This document shows positions 36,001-49,729 of a stretch of DNA of 64,000 nucleotides, in pieces. The DNA lies in assembly GCF_006345805.1 (NCBI RefSeq), contig NW_021837042.1, positions 2,411-66,410 of the forward strand. The letters are read 5' to 3'. Every line of letters starts with the position of its first letter. Position 1 is the first letter of the stretch. The notes under the pieces are model-generated. The model made no database searches and was not told the origin of the DNA. It saw nothing but the letters and a program-made list of their open reading frames with translations. This DNA is from Octopus sinensis (lineage: Eukaryota). Both the position numbers and the translations under genes were made by a program.

Positions 36001-36934
36001 AAAAAAAGTGGTTAGGTAACTTGGCATTTGACTGTATTTCACATACCATGTCTTCTTCCTTTCTCTTTTTCTGTAGTTTCAACGCACGGCCTCAGATCAA
36101 GTCACTCACCTGACAATTCCACCTCCGAAATGGAAAGAGGCTGTATACAATGTATACAGATTATAATTTATTCTCCATTTTATTCCTATAAATAACATCC
36201 ACGCTCCTAGAACCTTTATTAGATTTATGCTAATGCACAACATTAAATTTCACTTTCCACATAATCACATTTTCCTTGAAATGCTCGCTACTCCATAACC
36301 TCCATTTTCTTTTTTCGCCTGAACTTTCCCGCGTCATTTCTTGTCTCTTTCAAAAGAGAGGGATATTTTCACGACGCATTATTTATCTCTGCTTAGAAGC
36401 GGATGTAGTGTGAGACCACAAAATGGCTGCGATAGTTACCATAAGCTCACGGTAACCGTCGCAGTATTCTGTACTCAATTCCAGCAGACCACCAGCGCCC
36501 GACCCACGAAAGAGCCTTCAGCACACATCGAACTGATTGGCCACAGTTGGACACACCCTACCCCATCTTCTACCATGTGAAGCACTTGGTCATCGTCGAC
36601 AACGACAGACGAACTAATCTCATTCTGTGCTCCACTTCTCTTGCTTTATCAATCGGGTCATTCACTTTTAAGCGGAGATAAATGCTACCTCTTGGCATTA
36701 ATACTGATTCTGCGGCTATTAATTATTTTCACGACGTTTCATCGCACCAAGCCAATCATCTTCAAATGCTCTAGTTGTAGGTTGTCATGCTTTTATCTTG
36801 CGTTCAACTATCACAACTGTTTCGTTTTCCTTGAGACCCAGGGTTGACAAGACCGTTTATCCGATTTCTGTGGTGTATAAGTTACCGGGATCACAACATC
36901 CCCTCTTTGAACGGGACGTCGGTCTGCTGCAGAG

Positions 36935-37130
36935 TCCAAGGCCTGCAGTTTTGAGGGGAGAGAATAAGTGAATCACAAATGAATCACAACGATCCTAATA
37001 ATTGACTGGCGTTTTTTAGTTTTTCGACCCTGAAGGTGTGAAAGACAAAACTGACATCGGCGGCATTTGAACTCAGAACGTAAAGAGTCAGAAGAAATGC
37101 TGCGAAGTATTTTGTCCGACGACTTAATGA
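36935..37130 (-). mobile_element. Degenerate SINE family A
   Basis: tcgaccctgaaggtgtgaaagac..ggcatttgaactcagaacgtaaag. Confidence 0.6.
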
Positions 37131-37606
37131 TACTGTCCCTTCGCGATCATTACCACAACTACGAATAAAGCGAAATTCAAACACCATGTCACTCAAGACT
37201 TTACCGGTACCTCAGCAAATCCCATCTGTTGGATTGTAGGAAAATATAGCTGGCAAAGTGCGACATCCTCCATCCAGACGCTTTCGTGAGCATTTCTGAT
37301 TCCCGCCACGACAATTAGCCCCTCTACAAACAGTTGGCCGTCTGTTTCAGTTCATGAAGCCACTCGATCGATCACCAATGGTTGTCTGGTGCTGCCGCAC
37401 ACCACAGATTATCGCACTGTCTATTAACATAAGTTGTCACTTAACTTTCCTTACGCTTGGCGAGGTTTCTTTACAAAGCATAAACGAGTAGTTTACTTTT
37501 CCTAATTCGCCTTTCCTTTTCGTGATTTTTACACCTTTTCACATCCTCGTGCGTATTAATGTGCCTATGCTCATTCGCTCACATACACACAAGCACATAT
37601 ATTCCT

Positions 37607-37647
<41 letters not shown>

Positions 37648-37887
37648 TTAACGAACTAACTAATTTACTAACTTACTAAAGCCCTTTTGCTCCCTATGGA
37701 GCATAGGTCATCGACGACTTTCTTCATGATCCTTCACCCGATTTTCTGCTTTGCTCCAGTTGGCCCTGCAAAAAGGTATTTCTCTTCTAGGTCTCGCTAG
37801 TTTTGAATAATCATCAATGCTTCTGTAACTTGGCTTTTTTCTTACGTTGGTCCTATACAAACCCAATTTGACCTCTGGCAAGAAGTA

Positions 37888-38049
37888 CCATATTTTAACG
37901 TGTAAAAGGAACCCCCTAATTTTGGGGGTTTCAAATTTGGAAAAAAGGTTTTGTAAAGGATTATAATACTATCCATGTATAAGAAAGTCCCATATTTTTT
38001 TAATCTAATTTTTGGCAAAAATGGGTTCCTTATACACGTTAAAATGCAG
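37888..38049. mobile_element. MITE with Tc2/pogo-like TIRs
   Basis: TA-ccatattttaacgtgtaaaaggaaccc ... gggttccttatacacgttaaaatgcag-TA. Confidence 0.7.
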
Positions 38050-38339
38050 TAGTTCATAGTAGTCTGGTCTATATCCTTGGACTTGTCCAGCATGAAACGC
38101 TCAGCCGAACCCACACCCCACCCGTGCTTCCCCACTCTCACACCACACCACACTACACCATACAACATTACACACCATCCACATACCAGCACTGACCAAT
38201 TTCCATCCCCACATTTTCACGCACACGTCCAGACCACCAGCTCCCTTTCACACGCACATGCATACTCTCTTATACACACACGCACCTTCGTGCTGGAGGT
38301 CATCTTTACTTTGTTATTTCCCCTACTTCTTCGCTCTCC

Positions 38340-38729
38340 AGTGTGACCCTTCTGTCCGGCAGTCGCCATGATAGATCGTTAGCCACTACACACATTTTTT
38401 TCTCTCCGTGTTTCTCTCCTTATTTTTTTTTCTGTGTCCCTTTCTGTAGAAGAGCGTAGGCTCGAAACGTAAAAGACTTTTTCTATTCCTGAGCGTTATA
38501 CTAATACATCTGTTTGTTTTGTACACCACCTCTCTTCGTCTTTTGTTTTTTTTCGTGAACTGTCCCCCACCCTATATATATATATAGTTGAAATTTATAG
38601 AAAAACAAAAGACGAAGACATATGTATGATCAACAAACAAGTGTTGTAGTTTGACGCCCGGGGAAATGAAAAAGTCTTTTACATTTTGAGTCTACACTCT
38701 TCAACAGAAGGGAATATGAGGAAATAAAG

Positions 38730-38740
<11 letters not shown>
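38340..38740. mobile_element. Two convergent copies of a hammerhead-bearing repeat around (TA)n
   Basis: Plus copy 38340-38570 and diverged minus copy 38590-38740. Confidence 0.7.
38439..38477 (+). ncRNA. Minimal hammerhead, U6 variant
   Basis: CUUU-CUGUAGA-A-GAGC(GUAG)GCUC-GAAAC-GUA|AAAG. Confidence 0.6.
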
Positions 38741-38764
<24 letters not shown>

Positions 38765-38811
38765 AAACAGAGAGAAAGACTTGTAAATTTCAGCGCTCCA
38801 GCATGGCGAAG

Positions 38812-38844
<33 letters not shown>

Positions 38845-39367
38845 ATATATGGCAGAAAAGGTGAAGATAACTGTGGTTAAATTATCGTTGATGATGCTAG
38901 TGATTCTTGTTAAGGTGTGGTGTTAAAAGTGATGAACGTAACGCTGAGGTGTGAGTGTATGTGTGTGTGTGAGTGGATGAGGGTTGCTGGTGATAGTGGT
39001 AGTGATTGTGATGGTGGTGGTAGTGGTATTATTACCGATAGTGATGACTGATAACAGGTTTTATTAAAAATAACGTTCTCTCCCTTTAATGAAAGTCATT
39101 ACTCGAAACGTCAATATTCTCATCTTCACTTGACATTAAAAACTTACACCTTGCGATCATTAGATATTTTCCTGCGCAGCAACTGTTCTACGCTAGTTTT
39201 AACCATCACCATTTGTCTATTAAACATCCATATGTTATCAGCTAAGCGAACTATAACATTTAGTAACTTAAAACTGTTCATGAATTGTTAATCATTATTC
39301 TTTCTGACATAAACCATTTCACAAAAATAATCATAAGGAAGATTAAAAACGAAATTTTTCTTAAAAA

Positions 39368-39442
<75 letters not shown>

Positions 39443-39504
39443 TATTATTATTATTATTATTATATTATTATTATTATTATTTCAAATTTTTGCCACAAAG
39501 GCAG

Positions 39505-39697
39505 TTTGAGGGAGGCAGGGATGAGTCGATTACTTCGACTCCAGTGCGTAACTGGTACTTATTTAATCGACCCCGACCCCGAAAGGATGAAAGGCAAAAT
39601 CGACCTCGGCGGAATTTAAGCTCAGAATGTAGCGGCAGACGAAATACAGTTACGCATTTCGCCCGGCGTGTTAACGATTCTGCCAGCTCGCCGCTTT
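39505..39697 (-). mobile_element. SINE family A variant
   Basis: Ends ttctgccagctcgccgc. Confidence 0.85.
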
Positions 39698-39727
39698 AAT
39701 AATAATAATAATGATAATAACAATAAC

Positions 39728-39775
<48 letters not shown>

Positions 39776-39860
39776 TAATAATAATATAATAATATAATAA
39801 TAATAATAATAAATAATAATAATAATATAATAATAATAATAACAATAATAATAATAATAA
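39698..39860. repeat. (TAA)n microsatellite, left flank of the Dong/R4 element
   Basis: Directly visible. Confidence 0.95.
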
Positions 39861-41668
39861 TTAACAAAGTAGCACCAACAATCATAAAATTCATAGAGCA
39901 CTCTATGAATAAATGGCAAACAGTCCTACACCTCCAAACAAAAGAGGGACTCATGAAAACCAAAGACATCCCCATTAGAAGTGGAATATTCCAGGGAGAC
40001 ACGCTCTCTCCACTCCTCTTCTGCTTGGCACTGTCACCTCTATCTGATATGCTAAATAGAACTGGATGCGGATATAAATGTTACGGCAAAACGATCAGCC
40101 ACCTTTTATATATGGATGACCTAAAACTATACGCTGCAAATGACAAACAGCTGGAAACACTATTAAAGACAGTTCATGGATTTACCAAAGAAATAGATAT
40201 GAAATTTGGATTAGAAAAATGCGCCAAAGTAACCATGAAAAGAGGAAAACTAGTTAAGAGTAACAACATCACACTAGATAAAACCAATGAAATAAAAGAA
40301 TTAGACCAAAGCCAAACTTACAAATACTTAGGAATCCATGAACTAGATAAGACACAACACACACAAATGAAAGAGAAAATAAAAAAAGAATATTATAGAC
40401 GAGTTAGATCAATACTAAACACAGAGCTCAATGCTAAAAACAAGATAATAGGTATCAACACTTTAGCTGTCCCAGTTATAAGTTACAGCTACAATATCCT
40501 TAACTGGACACGAAATGAACTGACCAAAATAGATAGGAAAACAAGAAAAATAATGACAGGATCTAGGATGCATCACCCAAAATCTGACATAGAAAGACTA
40601 TATATACAACGTATAGAAGGTGGTAGAGGCCTTATACAGCTGGAAAACTACTATAAAATAACCACCATAGGACTGCAAAAATATCTACTTCAGAAGGAAG
40701 GAAAACTGGTCCAGATAGCGGCAAAACACGAGCAAAACAAAAAACTGTTCTCAGTATTTAAGGAAGCTGACAAATACAAACAAGAAATCATACCACCTAA
40801 TAAACATGAAGAAGAAGAAGAAGATGAAGAACAAACAAAAGCTATAAAACAAATGAAATCCAAACTAAAAATAGAACAGCAACGAACCATGATAAAACGA
40901 TGGCAAGAAAAGCCCCTTCATGGTAAATACTGGACTAAACTAAACGCAAAAGAAATAGACAAAGAAAAATCCCAGCAATGGTTGAGAAGCTCAGGACTCA
41001 AAGCAGAAACAGAGGGATTTTTAATTGCAGCACAAGACCAAAGCCTCCCCACCAGAAATTACCAAAAACATGTAATGAAAAGAAATATTACAAGTAACTG
41101 CAGAATATGTGGAAATGGACAAGAAACAATAAATCATATTATCTCTAGCTGCCCAGTCCTGGCTAAGAAGGAATATATTCACAGACATGACAGAGTTGGA
41201 ACCTACATACATTGGAAGCTATGCCAACATTATGGAATAACAACAGAAAAAAGATGGTATAGGCACACACCAAAAAAGGTCACTGAAAACGAGAAAGCAA
41301 CCATACTCTGGGATATGCCGATACACACAGATAGAGAAATTAAGGCCAACAGACCAGATATAGTTGTCAGAGATCATGAAGAAAAGAAATGCTTTCTAAT
41401 TGATGTATCAATACCGGCTGATGACAACGTGTCTCTAAAAGAAATGGAGAAACTCTCAAAATACAAAGACCTGGAAATAGAGGTAACTAGAATGTGGAAT
41501 CTGAAAACAGAAACAATTCCTATCATAGTAGGTGCATTAGGCATGATGAAAAAATATTCAGACAAATACATAACAAAAACACCAGGACTTACAAACACAT
41601 ATAACATACAGAAAATTGCACTACTAGGCACTGCACACATCCTACGCAGAACACTTTCCATACAATAA
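39861..41668 (+). CDS. Partial but uninterrupted RT + CCHC + restriction-like endonuclease ORF
   Basis: GIFQGDTLSPLLF, YMDDLKL, KYLGI, GGRGL, CRIC..ETINHIISSC, RHD, RPDIVV..IDVSIP..KYKDL. The frame is open upstream of the ATG at 39905, so this is a truncation rather than a true start. Confidence 0.88.
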
Positions 41669-41766
41669 CCATCAGAGCATCACAACAAATCACAGCACAT
41701 ACCCAAGGCACACAGAGCTGCGCTCGGTAGTGAAGTGAAAGCACGCTATAAAAATAAAGCTACTGA
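39861..41766 (+). mobile_element. 5'-truncated R4/Dong-clade non-LTR retrotransposon
   Basis: RT-RLE ORF, about 100-nt 3' UTR, (TAA)n on both sides. Confidence 0.9.
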
Positions 41767-41795
41767 ATAATAATAATAATAATAATAATAATTAC

Positions 41796-41844
<49 letters not shown>

Positions 41845-41855
41845 GTAATAATAAT
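41767..41855. repeat. (TAA)n tail or right flank
   Basis: Directly visible. Confidence 0.95.
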
Positions 41856-42610
41856 CTTTTCTAGTAGGCCTGAAATTTGGGGGAGGAGGGCCAGTCGATT
41901 AGATCAACTCCAGTACACAACTGGTACTTAATTTATCGACATTGAAAAGATGAAAGGTTACTCGACCCGAATAAACAATGATACATTTTTAAAAATGTTA
42001 TGAATGACGTAATATAATAAATAGTAACAAAATACATAATGGTAGAGTGTATTTCACATGAGTAAAATTAATTTCCATTCAATAGCGGCCATCCTTTTTA
42101 AAGTTCTGAGCATAAAATACTTTTAAAAGTGTATATCTGAAAATATTTTATGCCAAGAAGTCACCGTGACATCACTGTCTCTAACTGTCTCAACAGAAAA
42201 GATCAAACTCTTTCAGCGGTGAAGAAATCAAAAGAAATGCACCGCTGAGATATGTCGATTATTGTGTAACAAACAGAATTTATCACACACAACGTTTTCA
42301 AAAATCTTTTGATCTGTTTTTGTCTATAAATTATTGCTATCATTTCCGGTGATTTTATGACTATGCCAAGTTGCCCACCCGTGAGTGTGATTGAAGTCAC
42401 ATGACGGTCTAGTCGTGTCTTTTCAGAAAGGGTGGGTTACACTGGGACAGTCTCCTGTGGTCTTCTCCCAGTACACAGGAAGTTCCTAATGAACAACTGT
42501 TTCCCACCCACTGAACAAGCATTTTTACATCATACCTACAAAAACACGAGTACCCCACTACCACACACTCACACACTCACGTTCGAGTACATACATAACC
42601 ATGCTGAAGT

Positions 42611-42668
<58 letters not shown>

Positions 42669-43429
42669 GCACGCACACACACACACACGCACACACACAT
42701 ACATACATACACACACGCCCACTAATACGCCTTCTTGTTTAATTCCAAGTAACCTCTGCAGGCCTGTCATCAAAGGCGTTCCAGCAGTGACCGCCATGAC
42801 TTTTTTGTGTATCAGCAACTACATCGTCACTGTGTTCATTCCATTTTAAAGATAGCAGAGTAATTTGACGGATATTTGGCTGCTATTTCTAACGTGTGGC
42901 AAGTTCATGTGCGGACTCCATGAGTGGATCACGGCTGCACAAAATGCAAGAACCAAGCACACACTTTGTTTCCCTTTCTCCACCAAATTGTTTCAAGCTA
43001 CATTATGGGTTAATACCTCTAGCCTCGTTTATCACGGTGTTTTGGTTTAAAAACAACAGCGAGATACATGAATCAGTGATACACGAATCATCACCATACA
43101 CTTTGTAAATGGAACAAATGGTAGATTCATTGACACCAAATTGACACGGCCTACAGCGGCGAAGCCTCCACCGTCGCATAAGGACGAAAACCTCATTGCT
43201 CATCAGCAAGCTTGACCTCAACAATTTCCCTCCATCTTTTTCCTAGACACCCTGGAGGTGCTCAGCAAGAGATTCCTCTATAATTAGAACACCCTCTCTT
43301 GCCTCCTTCCCTTTTTTAAAAATCGGGATTACCACCCAGAAGTGCCATTGCTTTGGTATCTGACAGACACGAGTCAGCAGTACGTTATTGGGTAGCGGAA
43401 CTATACTGTATAGTATCTCTTCTTAAGTA

Positions 43430-43640
43430 GAGGCCTGTGGTTCTGGTGATAGAGTGTTGGATTCATGATCGTAAGATTATGGTTTCGATTCCTGGACCGG
43501 ATGATGCGTTGTGTTGTTGGGCAAAATACTTCATTTCACGTTTCTCCCGACCGGTCATTCATTCAGCTGTCAAAAATAAGTATTCCTGCGATGGGCCGGC
43601 GTCCCATCCAGCGGGGAGCAGATTCGACCCTACGTGTGTA
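43430..43640 (+). mobile_element. Degenerate SINE family E
   Basis: catgatcgtaagattatggtttcgattcctggaccgg..gcgatgggccggcgtcccatccag. Confidence 0.7.
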
Positions 43641-43739
43641 TACGACTCGGGTGGAAGCTTTATCCATTAACCTTTATAACTTCTAAAGCAATACAAGCTG
43701 GCGCTGCGATGTATAAAGAAACATGCTGGACATATTAGT

Positions 43740-44300
43740 AATTTTGAGGGAGGAGGCCAGTCGATTAAATCGACCCCAGTACGCAACTGGTACTTAATTT
43801 ATCGAACCCGAAAGGATGACTGGCAATTTGAACTCAGAACGTAAAGTCAGACGAAATACCTATTTCTTTACTACCCACAAGGGGCTAAACACAAAGAGGA
43901 CAAACAAGGACAGACAAACGGATTAAGGCGATTATATCGACCCCCAGTGCGTAACTGGTACTGAATTTATCGACCCCGAAAGGATGAAAGGCAAAGTTGA
44001 CCTCGGCAGAATTTGAACTCAGAACGTAGCGGCAGACGAAATACCGCTAAGCATTTCGCCCGGCATGCTAACGCTTCTGCCAGCTGGCCGCTTAATATGC
44101 TGGACAAATATAATCCTTTCTGTGATAGGCTCAAAGCCTGAAAGTTTAGAAGAGGACACCAGCCAATTACATAGTCACTACTTATTTCATTGACACCGAA
44201 AGGGTGAAAGGCAAAATCGAACTCGGCGGCATTTGAACACAGGACGTAAGGATTAACAAAATACCGCTAAGCATTTCGTCCCGCGTGCTAATGACTCTCC
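43740..44300 (-). mobile_element. SINE family A tandem plus a degenerate copy
   Basis: Units 43740-43860 and 43861-44092 (head ctgccagctggccgc); older copy at 44130-44300. Confidence 0.85.
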
Positions 44301-44933
44301 TAGCATGTCGTCACACCACAGACAAATATAATAAATACTATCATTGGACTAAAAAAAGAGATAACTTGGATCGGTTTCGGTCCTTGGTGGAACCCTCTTA
44401 AAAAAATCATATACTGGCCTTTATCTTTGGAGAAATAAACTCTACGTATATCTATGTAATCACTATAAATAACAACTTCACCAAATCGGTATATCTGATC
44501 TGCATAAATAATGCTTCGCTGACAACTGGGTCAGATATATTAATTATTAATGTACGAAGCGATGTGTCTTAGATAATGGAAATGTGCTCTAACGTATATC
44601 CTGCGTTACATTTCCATTAATACATTTAATCTTGTGTGAAACGGAAAAAAAGATTATCTCTGTCATTCACATTCTGTCACTCTAGTCCTACTCACACGCA
44701 TTTCACATTTGTACACACACATACTTCCTATCCTTCAAAGTTTATGTGTGTGTGTGTGTGTGTGTATGTGTGTGTGTATGTGTGTGTATGTGTGTGTGTG
44801 TGTATATGTGTATGTAAGTGTATGCAAGTATATATATGTAAATATATGTTTATATATGTATGTATATATACGTATACATACATATAGATAGCTGTATCTA
44901 TGCATACATTTACAATATATATGTACATATATA

Positions 44934-45020
44934 TTCCTGAGCGCCTTACTAATACAATTGTTTGTTTGTATTCCACCTGCCTTCGTCTTTTGTTTATTTT
45001 CATAAAGCTTCCCGTTATAT
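44934..45020 (+). mobile_element. 3' tail of the U6-hammerhead repeat
   Basis: Near-identical inverted match to 45593-45680. Confidence 0.8.
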
Positions 45021-45050
45021 ATATATATATATGTATGTATGTACGTATGC

Positions 45051-45180
<130 letters not shown>

Positions 45181-45592
45181 TATCAAAAGAAAAACAGGAT
45201 GCAAAGGATTTAGCGGTACATATGTTTCTGGCTTTATTAGACAGTTTATATCAATGCATAATTGATGTAATATGTATGTCAATAGCCTTCCTCAGCCGCG
45301 CACAATTACCACACCAAAGACATGTATTACATTATAAGTTTGGGAAAAAGACGAGTTTCTTTGGGGATGCGAATCCTCATAGTCGTATACAGCAGAGCGA
45401 GACACCAAAACAAAAACAAAGCGTCCATACCGTTTTTCACTCGATATAGAATGAGGAGAATTATGGAAATATTGTTTGCAGAATCAACTTTATAATTGCT
45501 ATTAGCAAATGAACACGTGTAAAGGAGAATAAATAATTCCTAAAACATTTCAATTTCCTGTTTTGTATATGTATATATATATATATATATAT

Positions 45593-45810
45593 AACGGGAA
45601 GCTTTATGAAAATAAACAAAAGACGAAGGCAGGTGGAATACAAACAAACAATTGTATTAGTATGGCGCTCAGGAATATAAATAAAACAAGTCTTTTACGT
45701 TTCGAGCCTACGCTCTTCAACAGAAAGATACACAGAAAATAAACATGGAGAGAAACAAGGAGAGAAAAAAAATGCGCTTGCAGAGGCTAGCGAATCAACA
45801 TGATTCATGT
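45593..45810 (-). mobile_element. U6-hammerhead repeat
   Basis: Homologous to 38340-38570. Confidence 0.8.
45691..45728 (-). ncRNA. Minimal hammerhead, U6 variant
   Basis: Minus strand: UCUUU-CUGUUGA-A-GAGC(GUAG)GCUC-GAAAC-GUA|AAAGA; perfect 5-bp stem I. Confidence 0.62.
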
Positions 45811-45841
<31 letters not shown>

Positions 45842-46250
45842 GTGTATGTATTAAAAAACAGCAAAATGATAACAAAAACTGTTACTCAGAGTTTCACGTT
45901 CCCGTTCATCGAGCAGTTTTGTTTAGAATGGAACAAAAATACAGTTATAAGCAAACATACACAATTAGTTTAATAGATACACATTTAAAATAGTTTTACT
46001 TCATTAGTTCTTTCAACTAACAGTCTTTACAGTGACTGGTTGCATGCTATGAACAAATTTCGGTACAAAATCATCATATTTTAAAATCGAAGAAAACCTT
46101 AAATCAAAAATAGCTTATAGAGAAGGACAGAGTCAAAATACCAAGGGTAAATGATTATCTGTAAAATATTATTTAATTAATACATTAAAAGTTACGTCTG
46201 TTTAAAAAAAAATTCCCGTTGGATTACATACAATATACATATATATATAT

Positions 46251-46477
46251 GTGAGCTGGCAGAAACGTTAGCACGCCGGGCGAAATGCGTAGCCGTATTT
46301 CGTCTGCCGTTACGTTCTGAGTTCAAATTCCGCCGAGGTCGACTTTGCCTTTCATCCTTTCGGGGTCGATAAATAAAGTACCAGTTTCGTACTGGGGTCG
46401 ATGTAATCGACTTAATCCGTTTGTCTGTCCTTGTTTATCCCCTCTGTTTTTATCCCCTTGTGGGTAGTAAAGAAATA
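46251..46477 (+). mobile_element. SINE family A, full length
   Basis: gagctggcagaaacgttagcacgccgggcgaaatg..gtagtaaagaaata. Confidence 0.92.
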
Positions 46478-46785
46478 TATATACACTAAACATACAAACG
46501 AATGTACATCGCTACATAATACATACATACATGCATATATATTAATCTATATTATTCACATAAATACAGTGTACATTTAAACACATAAGAGGCATCCATC
46601 ATAGGACTCCTTGCACGCTAGAGAGAACAGTTAAATTCCCAACCACTATTAGGGATAAAATTTCGAAGGGAATGAAAATAAAAACATTTATATAAATAAT
46701 ATATAATCTATTGACTAAATTTTTACACACTAGGCCACTGGTAATGGCAATTTCTAATATTTCTGATTCCCTTTGATATTATTAA

Positions 46786-46873
<88 letters not shown>

Positions 46874-46904
46874 GTATACACACCACACACACATACACAC
46901 ATAT

Positions 46905-47188
46905 ATATAATCACAGTTTAGGTTAGTTGAAGTATGTTTATCCCGTATTTCAACTGCTAAAGGCAAATACACTGCAGTTACCGGGGAGAAAAAATCCTCT
47001 CTTATGGTAAAAGGGTGTGAAAACAACCCCGTTCGTTCAGTGTCGCCCTCGTCGCCCTCTCTCGAGAGCGACACACACCTTCTTACCATAAGAGGGATTT
47101 TTTTCTCTACGCTAACTGCAGTGTGTTTGCCTTTAGCAGTTGAAATATGTGACAAACATACTTCAACTAACCTAAACTGTGATTATAT
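46905..47188. mobile_element. Fold-back MITE with about 105-bp TIRs
   Basis: atataatcacagtttaggttagttgaag.. / ..cttcaactaacctaaactgtgattatat; TA-rich ends. Confidence 0.85.
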
Positions 47189-47717
47189 GTAAACACTGCT
47201 TAGCGCATATATCGGTACAGGACATCACCAACAGTAAACAACATGGAATACGAAAACAAATGCGTTAAATACGCAAATAACGAGAGAGAAAAAACGAGAA
47301 ATAATACAAAGAATGACCGTTCATCAGTTGTCGGCTGTCTATCTACTCCCCATTTGAGCAATCAACGACAATATGAATCTTGGAAGACAGTTGCTCCCAT
47401 AAATATCGAAATAATATTTTGGATTTATGGAGGTTCAAAGTTAGGAACAAAAATAGGACAGTGGAGGCATACAGGGAAACCGAACGGAAGCAAACATGGA
47501 GGGACGTTAGACCTGAACGAGAGGAAAATTAGTGAACGCTGAGAGAAATATTTTCTTTGAAAAGAGAAAAGATAGAAGAGAGAGATAGGAGACGTTCAGT
47601 CCTTAGACGTCCGTGCAGGAAAGAAAGATGGCGACGTGAGGAAAATAAAGATGGACGATGGTTACGCGTGAGCAACGAGAGAAAAAGAGAAAGATGGGAG
47701 AGACAGATAATATATAC

Positions 47718-47748
<31 letters not shown>

Positions 47749-47795
47749 TGTATGTATGTATGTATGTATGTATGTATGTACATATATATATATAT

Positions 47796-47986
47796 ATAGA
47801 ATGGTTGTATACTGTCAGTCTAACAAGAACGTGACAGTAGGGGGTACACCACCGCTGTATAGCCCTAGGAAGCATCGAACGCCTCCTGATAGCTAGGAGG
47901 CGTTCGATGTTTCCTAGGGCTATACAGCGGTGGTGTACCCCCTACTGTCACGTTCTTGTTAGATTGACAGTATACAACCATTCTAT
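47796..47986. repeat. 191-bp near-perfect palindrome
   Basis: 92-bp arms, 7-nt loop at 47888-47894, two mismatches. Confidence 0.95.
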
Positions 47987-48903
47987 CGCCCCACCACCGT
48001 ACATGTCTCTACGAGAGATTTAGAAATTCAATATTTCTTATATATATATATATATATATATATAGTATGTATGAGTATACTTTTTAATGGATTTGTAATA
48101 ATAATATATATTATATATTCCATAGTCTTCAGTCATACACCTCTGCGCTTATCACTGATGCTCGTCCATAACTGTTAAAACGAAATGCGCTGTTCACTTC
48201 TTATATGCTTTGATATGCTTATCTTGAATTCAGTGGTGAATTAGCACAAATAGATCGAGGGAAATATGAGGCGGATAACGTGTGAGGTTGGAAACGGATA
48301 GACAAAAATTTGAAAAGTGATGACAAAATTTAAACACACTCAAACAAAGCAAGAAAATTTGCGCTCAGTGAATTGTATGCTTAAAAGGTGGGGCGGAGGA
48401 AGAGAAGAAGACTGGCTTTCCGACTGAACTCTTTATCAAAGTGGAATAAGAAGCGAGATAAAAGAAACGAGAAACGGAACGATACCGTGCGTATCTTTCT
48501 GCCAAATGCTGTGGAGTCATTTGAATATATTTCTTTGATATTCTTTCTATTTGCTTGCTTCTCTTTTTCTCTCTTCTTCGATTAGTTTCTCTTTTCCTTT
48601 CTTATTCCATGCCTCTGTTTTCCTTTTCTCTTCCTTGTTGATGTTTTCCTTATATTGAACTTTGTGATCGTTCATTTTAATAGGCACAGCAGAGTGTCAA
48701 AAGACTTTGATACCTGACCTGTCATTATGATCCATTTAGAGAAAAACGATGAGGGGTCAGAGGTAAGTGTTGCTTCCCAATAAATTTACTAAACTGTGAG
48801 TGAGAATAGCGAGTATAACTCAAATGGACGAGCCTACACTCAACCTGTACATACAGACAGCAGAACAACACCTAGAGAAAACACTTGTCTTTGGAAATAT
48901 GGG

Positions 48904-49174
48904 GGATCTTTTTGCTTTGACCGGCAGATTTTTAAAATAATTGTTGTTGATGATCCGGACAAATTAGATTCACCTCAATAGACGTCATTGATTGGTTGAA
49001 ATTGCCGAAATGCAAGAAATTAAAGAACAAATAGCTTACAAACTAAAGAATTTTCTCAAGAAAGCCAAAAGAAAAAGATGTTTTATAAACACAATCTACC
49101 AGTATACGAAGTTTAAAAGTGTTTAGTTACAAAAAAATTATTTTTAAAATGTGCCGGTCAAAGAGAAAAGATCC
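48904..49174. mobile_element. MITE of the GGATCTTT-terminus family with both ends
   Basis: ggatctttttgctttgaccggcag / tgccggtcaaagagaaaagatcc. Confidence 0.7.
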
Positions 49175-49670
49175 AATATGAGTAATCGATGATCTGTGTG
49201 GTTCTCTGATTGGTCCCATGTGATACCGCCCACCTCCATTAGAAAACACTTGTCCAAGTTCCCGCGCAGTGACTGTGAACTCGGAACCATGTGGTTGGGA
49301 AGCAAGCTGCCTGCTACGCTGCCACATCGCACCTATGCTGAGTTATGATCAAGGACAGAACGCAACAGCCAACCCGAGAACGGAACCCACAATCTTGCAA
49401 TAGTGAGGTGCAACACCTTAACCACTCGGCCACGCGCCTCCTCAAACTTAATGAAACCATCTCAGCAACAGTCTGTCATGGAAATAACCTCTGTCTTTGA
49501 AAGTGCAAAAAACAAAATACTAACTTAGACACTTCCAAGAAGACTTTCTTTCTGTCTGAAAGTAAAAAAGAAAAAAAAAAGTGTTCGTTATTTCACAAAA
49601 GTCGCCTCGTTTCATTCTTCTTTGTTTACGATGTTTGAAAGAACTTGCTGTGAAATACACACACACGCAC

Positions 49671-49729
<59 letters not shown>

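Noticed and set aside
39086-39112. Hammerhead-like ttaatga-aagt-catt-actc-gaaacgtc
   Set aside because: Core degenerate and no stem I pairing; at most a relic
47320-47340. Minus-strand CUGAUGA (also about 43200 and 33395)
   Set aside because: No downstream stem II-GAAA
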